This document shows, piece by piece, positions 44,313 through 51,015 of a stretch of DNA of 51,015 bases; within the stretch, counting starts at the first letter, position 1, and each line of letters begins with the position of its first letter. Source of the DNA: a virus. Lineage: Duplodnaviria > Caudoviricetes. The notes beneath the pieces were generated by a model, which saw only the letters and a list, made by a program, of their open reading frames with translations, had not been told where the DNA came from and made no database searches. A program made the position numbers and the translations under genes. The stretch is from IMG/VR virus record IMGVR_UViG_3300010234_000140, positions 1 to 51,015 of that record, one strand, 5' to 3'.

Positions 44313-45248
44313 TTATTTCATTCCAAAGATGACTGATGCGTGTTCCACGTCATAATCCAACATGGCCTCAAGCATCTCACGAGCCTCAATCTTCAACTCC
44401 CTTCGCTCTAAGCGAGGCATCCCATACTCAGGAGCCAATCTATCAGCGAGGTTGTATACGAGGGCTTCACCCCATTCAATTGGGAACTCAGGGTTATTCG
44501 CCACAACATCGAAATCGTCGGGGAGCATGTCGGCCAAAAGGACCACCTTATCTACAGTGGAACCCCCATCTACAGGCCACACAAATATCTTGCCCGTTGT
44601 TAACCTGGGGTCATACCAAACCTCTGTAGTTGGACCCGCAGACCCCTTATTAGAGAGTCGGTAGTACTCGTTCTGCCCTACAACACGTATCTCAGTGTCT
44701 ATGTCTGAGGTGTCTCGACGAAAGGCGTACTTAATCCTTTGGGGGCGATCAGCCTTCGTTGTATAGGCGTAGACCTTGTTCCCAGAAGCAGCGTCATCGT
44801 CCGTCGCTGTGGTAATGGTGATTTGGGTACTCGAATCCACACTAACGATAGTCGTCCAGTGGATTGAGTTATCATCCATTTTGATTCCAACGCGGTCACT
44901 TGCTGTCATCCCCGTAGAGTCTGTTACTGAGATGACAGTCTGCCCTGAGGCTTCTGCTGCCGAGAGGGTGGTTTCCACGTAGGAAGTGGTGGATTCAGCC
45001 GTCCCACTTGTCCCCATCGTATATGATTGGATGTCTTTTTGGAGGAAGAGGGTTACTTCATCCCTCAACCACAGACCAACCCCTCTTGCAACCCACGCCT
45101 TCACCATCAAGTTTAGAGCAGTGAGGGCTGCGGCGGTTTCATCCCCATTCACGGGTTCGCCTATGTCGTAGTCACCCGTTTTCCTAAGGGCCGAGTTAAC
45201 TATGTCGGTTCCCGTTATGGTGTAGTTTTTTGAACCTGATACGGCCAT
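44313..45248 (-). CDS. Head-tail adaptor (P22 gp4-like) with internal beta insertion
   Basis: T..DIVNSALRK.G..ALTALNLM..W; FPIEWGEALVYNLA.RLAPEYG. Confidence 0.8.
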   Translation of the reverse strand: MAVSGSKNYTITGTDIVNSALRKTGDYDIGEPVNGDETAAALTALNLMVKAWVARGVGLWLRDEVTLFLQKDIQSYTMGTSGTAESTTSYVETTLSAAEASGQTVISVTDSTGMTASDRVGIKMDDNSIHWTTIVSVDSSTQITITTATDDDAASGNKVYAYTTKADRPQRIKYAFRRDTSDIDTEIRVVGQNEYYRLSNKGSAGPTTEVWYDPRLTTGKIFVWPVDGGSTVDKVVLLADMLPDDFDVVANNPEFPIEWGEALVYNLADRLAPEYGMPRLERRELKIEAREMLEAMLDYDVEHASVIFGMK

Positions 45249-45676
45249 TAACTAAGCTCCGGTATGTAGTAACCCATGATGGTCATATGAACGTCATCAT
45301 CAGAGGTCTTTGCGTTAACGAACTTGCCCGCGTTTACTAGGATGTTCAATGGGAGGAGGGATAGGAGGTCTCCCTCCACCATAGCCATTTGAAACAAGAC
45401 CTTGTCGGTAGTAGTCGATACCTCTGAGGATGCCTCGTACACAACAACCGTGGCGTCAACGGTCCCTGATACCTGCTTGTCCGCCTTAGCCACAATCCCT
45501 GTTACAACGAACTGCATCCCGGACTTTGGGATATAAAAGTTGGAGGCGGTGTCGTTGGCTGCCAATTCCTTGAAGGTGGCTTCGTCGTAAGCATAAGCCC
45601 CCGTTGTGACCTGTCCTATCTCCGTCACCCTGGCAGAGCGATCATCCCCAACATTGGCAAGGGAAACCTTTATCAC
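45248..45676 (-). CDS. Putative structural beta-rich protein
   Basis: In virion operon; ARVT..GQ leader like neighbours. Confidence 0.55.
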   Translation of the reverse strand: MIKVSLANVGDDRSARVTEIGQVTTGAYAYDEATFKELAANDTASNFYIPKSGMQFVVTGIVAKADKQVSGTVDATVVVYEASSEVSTTTDKVLFQMAMVEGDLLSLLPLNILVNAGKFVNAKTSDDDVHMTIMGYYIPELS

Positions 45677-46233
45677 GAGCGGGACGCAGCCACTTCAACC
45701 AAAGAGACCATTCCCTTCAGAATCCCTGTAGAAGTGTCCCATAGCAGCGCTACAGACTGGCCCGGAGGTATGAAGATGTTTGAACTCGTTCTAAGGTGGT
45801 ACACTTTGTTGGCTGTATCGCAAGTGATATAGAAAATCACCCCCTCGTTTGTCAGCCCGGTAGTGTCCGTATCCGTCTTCACTGTTGCCACGGGGGTCGT
45901 TGACGACCCGAGGTTGCGGGATACCGGGGTTACATCGGTGTCTGACGTGTAGGACGGTGTCCCGCTGACGTGACGGACTTCTACAGCCCCAATCACCGAA
46001 GACTCTATTCGGATATCAGTAATACCAAGCAGGGAGGTGCCGGTGTTCTTGATATAAAAGAAGTAATCGTCTGCCCCTGCGGGGTCTATACCCTCAAATG
46101 GGAGAGACCACACCTTTGATTCAACCCGGTTCTGTCTGCGGTCAATAGATTCTACTGAAGCAAATACGCGTAGTTGGTTGTCACTGTTGACTTCTACTCT
46201 TGAGCCAGAGCCTTTACCATCTTCAATCTGCAT
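45673..46233 (-). CDS. Putative structural beta-rich protein
   Basis: IEDGKGSG..V.V...NQL; FFYIKN. Confidence 0.6.
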   Translation of the reverse strand: MQIEDGKGSGSRVEVNSDNQLRVFASVESIDRRQNRVESKVWSLPFEGIDPAGADDYFFYIKNTGTSLLGITDIRIESSVIGAVEVRHVSGTPSYTSDTDVTPVSRNLGSSTTPVATVKTDTDTTGLTNEGVIFYITCDTANKVYHLRTSSNIFIPPGQSVALLWDTSTGILKGMVSLVEVAASRS

Positions 46234-46829
46234 TACACATCCTCCGCATTGACAAGATGGCAGACAAAGGCGCAGTACACATCCTGAGAGGTGTTTGAAG
46301 CCTGTGGGTCGAGCTTAACCCCAATCGAGGAGCCTTTAGGGAGAATTTCATTAATCGACGCAAACAGCCTGCCGTTAGAGTTTTGGAAGAAAATGATGTG
46401 GTCATCCCCGTCCGTCATCGTCTCCCCTGTAGCACCCTTATAGGCGTCTACCGTCAAGGTAGACGCAGAGCCATAGTTCCTGTTTGAGTTTATATCAACG
46501 GCATTTGCGTTAGAAATAGTCGTCCCCGCAGTTGGATTTCGGATAACCGTAATCTTAGGAACCCCTCCAGAGCCTCCCGTAGAAGGCCCTACGCCTACGG
46601 CAATGGCTTCAATGAACAAGGGGCGGCTTTCGTTGTTCTTGACATACAGAATCGGGGTGTCTGCCGCATCTGTAAGGGTGATGATACCCGTGTTAATGTT
46701 GTAGGCGTCACCGTCAAGGTTTGCCTGGGCAGAGGCGGTATGCGTTACGGAATGGGTGTTAAGCCTCAGGTTTCCATCTACGCGGGCGAGAAAACCTTTG
46801 CCGTCACCGGAACGTAGCATGTCAGGCAT
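46233..46829 (-). CDS. Putative structural beta-rich protein
   Basis: SGDGKG..ARVD.N.RL; ILYVKN; paralog-like to 45673..46233. Confidence 0.6.
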   Translation of the reverse strand: MPDMLRSGDGKGFLARVDGNLRLNTHSVTHTASAQANLDGDAYNINTGIITLTDAADTPILYVKNNESRPLFIEAIAVGVGPSTGGSGGVPKITVIRNPTAGTTISNANAVDINSNRNYGSASTLTVDAYKGATGETMTDGDDHIIFFQNSNGRLFASINEILPKGSSIGVKLDPQASNTSQDVYCAFVCHLVNAEDV

Positions 46830-46986
46830 GGTCTATTTCCTCGTCTGTTATAAGTGATAATTGAAGATTCAATTTTCGTAATTCCTTCAGTATTAGGGTT
46901 AGGAGGATTGTGGCGTCATCGTCAAAGACGGCTTCTTCCAGCCTGTCTCCGTCAGCTATTTTCCTGCCAAGAGTCTTAAGGCTCAT
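46822..46986 (-). CDS. 54-aa helical protein (not in track)
   Basis: LLTLILKELRKLNLQLSLITDEEI; overlapping coupling at both ends. Confidence 0.6.
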   Translation of the reverse strand: MSLKTLGRKIADGDRLEEAVFDDDATILLTLILKELRKLNLQLSLITDEEIDHA

Positions 46987-47237
46987 CCATAACTCCAAAT
47001 GCGATAATCAACTGCCGCCGTAGTGCGGAGCAGCACGAATTTCGGATTGAAATCCAGGGCTATTGTTTCGGTTGGCTTGAGGGTTCCGTAGTCTTGAGAC
47101 GCTTTAAACTTGTACTCAAGGTCTTTAGTAGACGAATCGTTGGTGATAATGACTCTCCTTGATCGCCTTGTGAGCGGGATTGTGAGTTCGCCATTAACAC
47201 TACCCTCTAGCGCCTCGAAGTTTGTCTGTACACCCAC
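46983..47237 (-). CDS. Small beta-rich structural-like protein
   Basis: IITNDS...TLKP.E; AGGAG RBS. Confidence 0.6.
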   Translation of the reverse strand: MGVQTNFEALEGSVNGELTIPLTRRSRRVIITNDSSTKDLEYKFKASQDYGTLKPTETIALDFNPKFVLLRTTAAVDYRIWSYG

Positions 47238-47311
47238 TTATCCATCTCCTGAATCTAGTCCACACGGGGAGCTTCCTTCGGTGCAAACCAAAGTTTCCTT
47301 CAAGAGGTGAA

Positions 47312-47488
47312 TCAACTCTTCTTGGCTGCACTTTTCTTGGGCATCAACTTGCCTTCGATAGTCTTCATTTTGAGGCTGACTCTCACCTTGGTCCCATTCG
47401 GGAAGTAGGCTTCGCAGTAATCACCCTTATCAATGATGGCCCTAGCACCGCTAAGGTTGTGGAGGTTGCCACCCTGCTTAATCCACAT
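47312..47488 (-). CDS. Hypothetical protein, 58 aa (not in track)
   Basis: MWIKQGGNLHNL...basic tail. Confidence 0.5.
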   Translation of the reverse strand: MWIKQGGNLHNLSGARAIIDKGDYCEAYFPNGTKVRVSLKMKTIEGKLMPKKSAAKKS

Positions 47489-47678
47489 GCTTTCGTTCCT
47501 TTAGTTGTTCTACCGCCAACTCTGCCAGTCGGTAGGCTTCCGCCACGGTCTTTTCAAAGTTCTTAGGGGAGCGACCCGTCACGAGAGAGCCGAGGAGGTG
47601 CTTGTAGAAATCTACAAAGTCACGATCATCCCGTATCTTCACAGGGTGCTTGTTTCCAAATTCACTATCTGTCTGCAT
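47478..47678 (-). CDS. Hypothetical protein
   Basis: 66 aa, coupled. Confidence 0.55.
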   Translation of the reverse strand: MQTDSEFGNKHPVKIRDDRDFVDFYKHLLGSLVTGRSPKNFEKTVAEAYRLAELAVEQLKERKHVD

Positions 47679-48123
47679 AAAACTTCCTTATGAAGGATAG
47701 GTCGTATACCCACCCTATGTCTTTTTCAATCCAGTCCCCTTCATACCCCTTACAAGCTAAGAGGTCTTCTTCAGAGAGATGGCCTGCCTTCCTGTCCCAA
47801 TCAATGTTCTCAACGCCTAGTTCAGCCATGATGTCATCCCTTACTCCAGGGATATCCACAGGGACGTAGGTGATATCGTAGACAGCATCCCAACCTGCGA
47901 GAGCCATCCACGATTCGTCGTATCTACTCAAGGCAACAGCGTGACCCGTACCCCTCCGCCTACAGAAGGACGCCCATACTTCAGTGGGGTCTCTCAAAGG
48001 AGCAATGAGTCTTTTGCCTTCTACCATCTTCTCGAAGTCTTCTCCGAAAACATGCCACCCAGGAGCCCCTAGGAGCCCCCTCAGGGTACGTGTACCCGTA
48101 TGTGGCACTGAGACTACTATCAT
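47665..48123 (-). CDS. Sulfotransferase-like P-loop protein
   Basis: VVSVPHTGTRTL (5'-PSB-like) and LRDP....AS (3'-PB-like). Confidence 0.6.
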   Translation of the reverse strand: MIVVSVPHTGTRTLRGLLGAPGWHVFGEDFEKMVEGKRLIAPLRDPTEVWASFCRRRGTGHAVALSRYDESWMALAGWDAVYDITYVPVDIPGVRDDIMAELGVENIDWDRKAGHLSEEDLLACKGYEGDWIEKDIGWVYDLSFIRKFYADR

Positions 48124-48764
48124 TGAGATATGTACACCTGTACTTCACCACCCGAACCGTGAGAGTTAACAACCACCCTCATGCCCGTAATGCCTCTGTC
48201 TAGTGAGCCGATTACATCAGCGGATGCAGACACGAGGTCCGTATCTTGTGTTGCTATCCAGAACATGTCCTCTTGGGCAGTGCCGTCTTGGACAGTTTGG
48301 TTGGTCACTTGGATTGAAAAGTTGATAGTCCCTGTAACGTTACCCGTCACTAATGCGGTAGGGGCGAGGTTACTCAGGGGTATGGTTTTAGAAGCAAGCT
48401 CATCAACCGTCCCTACAGATACGTCAGCAGCAGTGTCTCCACTAGCTGTAATCTGCGTGACGGTCTTCCAATACTTGCTCGACTCTACACTTGTAGCGTT
48501 GGGGCCGGTGATAGTCTCCGTTTGGGCTTTACCGTCAGCGTCCGTTCCAGTTACGGCGAACGTGATTCCTGAGTCGTTACCGACTGAATCAATGAAGATT
48601 TGCCTAGCGGGGAGAATGTCACCATCCGCTGCTGTATACACCCCTCCAGAGGTAAGAGCGCCACCTAATGTAAGGTCTTGCGCCCCACCCGCTGAAAGAG
48701 TAGCAGCTACGGATAGGCCGTCAGCATCTACATCAACAGGGTCAATGTCTATTGTCTGTAGCAT
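48120..48764 (-). CDS. Putative virion structural protein
   Basis: DADGLS...LTLGGAL...SVGNDSGITF.VTGTD..G.AQTETITGPNA..V.S.KYWKTVT motif recalled from marine podoviruses. Confidence 0.65.
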   Translation of the reverse strand: MLQTIDIDPVDVDADGLSVAATLSAGGAQDLTLGGALTSGGVYTAADGDILPARQIFIDSVGNDSGITFAVTGTDADGKAQTETITGPNATSVESSKYWKTVTQITASGDTAADVSVGTVDELASKTIPLSNLAPTALVTGNVTGTINFSIQVTNQTVQDGTAQEDMFWIATQDTDLVSASADVIGSLDRGITGMRVVVNSHGSGGEVQVYISQ

Positions 48765-49729
48765 TAGTCGTCTGCACTTGCAGTTACACTAGCTGCGGCA
48801 GTTCTCAGAATTGCTGCGGCTGCTGCGCCAACGTCCTCAGTAGCCCAGTTCTCGAAGAACAGCATCGTATCCGCGACAGTATGAGCAGCGATAGTAGCGA
48901 GGTTGCAGAGGCTATGGTTGTCTCGAACTACTCCGGTAGTTCCGGTTAGGAGTTCAATCACGGGTTGTGCGTTGATGTTGCCTGAACCACCGTTCAAGAG
49001 AAGGTTGTCTTCTATGTAGAAGTTGGTTTGCGCGGTAGTAGTGGAGTTAATGTTGGCCGTTGAGTAGTCTCCGACTATGCGGTTGCGCCTGATTGTAACC
49101 CCGTCACTAAGGTCGGTTAGCTTTATTGCCTGAATCGCTCCGCCCCCAAGCCCCATATCAAATACGCAGTCTTCAACCACGCCATTGTGAGCGCCAACTT
49201 TAAAGTCGATACACTTGTTAAACTCATCCGTCCCCTCCAGTTCTACATCGAAGAGACAGTTGCGAACAACGCATGATGGATTAACCACCCTGAGTCCGTT
49301 TGCAACCAACGTGATATTTGAGTGGAAGTTGAGGTTTTCAAGAAGCACGTTATCAGCATTAACCGAAACCCGTCCTGTCGCATCTGTATGGTCAAACCTC
49401 GCCTGATCAGACCCATACCCAAGGCCGATAATCGAAACACCGTCTACGTCGATATCAACAGCATCGGCTGAAGCGATAGTCTCCACATGACCGGGAGCTA
49501 CATAAATCGTATCCCCACGTCCTGCCTTGCATTGGCCGATAGCGTAGTCAATGGTTCCAAAAGGTGTTTCAGGCGTTAAGCCGTCATTACCGTTAGAACC
49601 ACCTAATCCACCCTCAGGTAGGACTGATGAGTTATTCACCCAAAAGACTTTACCGTTCTGTTGTGCGAAGGGAACGTCCAAGATCGACACTTGACCCGGA
49701 AAGCCCTTTTTAAAATGTGTTAAAGGCAT
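48764..49729 (-). CDS. Beta-helix paralog, 321 aa
   Basis: Same motifs; N-terminal MPLTHFKKGF extension; ends LRTAAASVTASADD. Confidence 0.75.
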   Translation of the reverse strand: MPLTHFKKGFPGQVSILDVPFAQQNGKVFWVNNSSVLPEGGLGGSNGNDGLTPETPFGTIDYAIGQCKAGRGDTIYVAPGHVETIASADAVDIDVDGVSIIGLGYGSDQARFDHTDATGRVSVNADNVLLENLNFHSNITLVANGLRVVNPSCVVRNCLFDVELEGTDEFNKCIDFKVGAHNGVVEDCVFDMGLGGGAIQAIKLTDLSDGVTIRRNRIVGDYSTANINSTTTAQTNFYIEDNLLLNGGSGNINAQPVIELLTGTTGVVRDNHSLCNLATIAAHTVADTMLFFENWATEDVGAAAAAILRTAAASVTASADD

Positions 49730-49739
49730 AAGTTACTCC

Positions 49740-50702
49740 TTAGTCGTCTGCCGATGCGGTTACACTAGCCGCAGCAGTTCTTAGAATATTACCCGCAGCA
49801 GCACCAACATCCTCACCTGCGAAGTTCCTTGAGAAGAACATCGTATCGGCTACTGTCTGAGCAGCTATAGTAGCCACGTTACAAAGTTGAGTGTTGTTAC
49901 GTACTACACCTGTGGAACCGGAGGCCATTTCAATAACTGGCTCGGTGTGGATGTCGCCAGATGCCCCGTTGATGAATAGGTTGTCCTCTATGTAGACCTC
50001 AGTGCAAACGTTTGCGTCAGAGAAGATGATTGCTGATGAGTGGTTGCCGACAATTCGATTCCTGCGGATAGTCGCGCCCGCAACAGCGGTGTTGAATTTA
50101 ACTCCCGCTGAACTCGAACCAATGCCCATATCAATTACGCAATCTTCCATCAGGAAGTCGCCTGCGCCGGATTTCAACACGAACGTTTCAGCAAACTCAT
50201 CGGTTCCCGTGGTTTCTACGTCGAAAAGACAACCTCGAATTACTGTCCCGGTGCTCGATGTCCGTGATGATTTTGTTACCGCAGTGACATTCGCATGGAA
50301 GTTCATATTTTCGATGGTGACGTTTTTGGCAACGACATCTACAAACCCACCTGTCGCAGTCACGTCGAATCGAGCCATCTTGGACCCGCGCCCAAGGCCG
50401 ATACAAGTGACACCATCAACATCGAAGTTAACCGCAGAAGCCGTAGCGATAGTCTCCACATGCCCAGGCTTAACGAGAATAACATCTCCCCTGCCTGCTT
50501 TACACTGACCTATTGCGTAATCAATGGTAGCGAAAGGGTGGAGCCTGTCGCCTTTATTGCCATTGGAACCTGTCTTCTCTCCTTCTACGAGAACGCCTGA
50601 GTTTGATACCCAGAATACTTTTCCGGGTACATCTTGTGTGATTGGAACGCCCCTAACGGTGACGCCATTCTTGAACCCCGAAGGGTAATTAGATAATTGC
50701 AT
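49740..50702 (-). CDS. Beta-helix paralog, 320 aa
   Basis: Same motifs; N-terminal MQLSNYPSGFKNGVTVRGVP extension; ends LRTAAASVTASADD. Confidence 0.75.
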   Translation of the reverse strand: MQLSNYPSGFKNGVTVRGVPITQDVPGKVFWVSNSGVLVEGEKTGSNGNKGDRLHPFATIDYAIGQCKAGRGDVILVKPGHVETIATASAVNFDVDGVTCIGLGRGSKMARFDVTATGGFVDVVAKNVTIENMNFHANVTAVTKSSRTSSTGTVIRGCLFDVETTGTDEFAETFVLKSGAGDFLMEDCVIDMGIGSSSAGVKFNTAVAGATIRRNRIVGNHSSAIIFSDANVCTEVYIEDNLFINGASGDIHTEPVIEMASGSTGVVRNNTQLCNVATIAAQTVADTMFFSRNFAGEDVGAAAGNILRTAAASVTASADD

Positions 50703-50711
50703 GTCGTCTCC

Positions 50712-51015
50712 TTAGTCGTCTGCCGATGCGGTTACTGAAGTTGCGGTAGAGCGTAGTGCTGCGCCTGCTGCTGCTCCAACATCCTCACTTGCGTAGTTAT
50801 CGAAGAATGCCATCGTGTCTGCGACAGTCATTGCAGCAATAGTAGCTACGTTACAGAAGAAGTCGTTTCTTCGGACTACTCCGGTAGTGCCTGCCTGCAT
50901 TTCGATAACGGGCTGTGCATTTACATTCCCGCTACCCCCGTTTAACAGGAGGTTGTCTTCGATGTATACCTCTGTGGAAAGGGTCGTAATACCGGTAATG
51001 TTTGATACCGAGTAA
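50712..51015 (-). CDS. Beta-helix paralog, 5' end cut by window end
   Basis: Frame open to window end; ends LRSTATSVTASADD. Confidence 0.8.
   Translation of the reverse strand, partial: YSVSNITGITTLSTEVYIEDNLLLNGGSGNVNAQPVIEMQAGTTGVVRRNDFFCNVATIAAMTVADTMAFFDNYASEDVGAAAGAALRSTATSVTASADD
50962..51015. repeat. 54-bp exact repeat of positions 83-136
   Basis: ATGTATACC...ACCGAGTAA identical at both places. Confidence 0.95.

Noticed and set aside
47255-47300. Glycine riboswitch (CACCGAAGGA...UCAGG resemblance)
   Set aside because: Lacks the GGAGA and CUCUCAGG core and any metabolic gene context
48764-51015. Diversity-generating retroelement explanation for the similar 3' ends of the paralogs
   Set aside because: No reverse transcriptase seen; differences are not adenine-specific and all copies are coding genes
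50962-51015. Physical direct terminal repeat
   Set aside because: The matching copy starts at 83 rather than 1, lies mid-gene in a paralog family and has a k-mer-like length
1-51015. tRNA, rRNA, integrase, CI repressor
   Set aside because: None recognised by eye; tRNAscan-SE and HMM searches are needed to exclude them formally

Overview
Near-complete (probably circularly permuted) ~51 kb genome of an uncultured tailed dsDNA phage with a P22-like podovirus virion module (TerL, portal, GroES-like co-chaperonin, scaffold, major capsid protein, gp4/gp10-like adaptor and tail proteins, three ejection proteins, head-binding tailspike), a lambdoid nin-like region (Sak/Rad52, SSB-like, NinG-like, phosphoesterase, C5 methylase) and two plus-strand early clusters. 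No integrase, CI-like repressor, DNA polymerase, primase or helicase was recognised. CTGT-N8-ACAG boxes and a PEP-CTERM motif suggest a gamma/beta-proteobacterial host. Most notable: (1) a tailspike and three Cys-rich late proteins that begin with Sec-type signal peptides, suggesting exported, disulfide-folded virion appendages; (2) an unannotated 56-aa early protein that is essentially a bare PEP-CTERM sorting signal; (3) a complete group I intron with a GIY-YIG endonuclease after codon 10 of the major capsid gene; (4) a tandem array of 4-5 paralogous beta-helix proteins all ending SVTASADD; (5) three tandem LexA boxes upstream of the terminase/head operon; (6) repeated promoter-ORF-terminator cassettes; (7) an Ocr-like DNA mimic; (8) an M.EcoHK31I-type two-subunit methylase with a nested gene. 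A 33-nt Nextera adapter at 13450-13482 is an assembly artefact. All family assignments come from motif recognition by eye; no searches were run.
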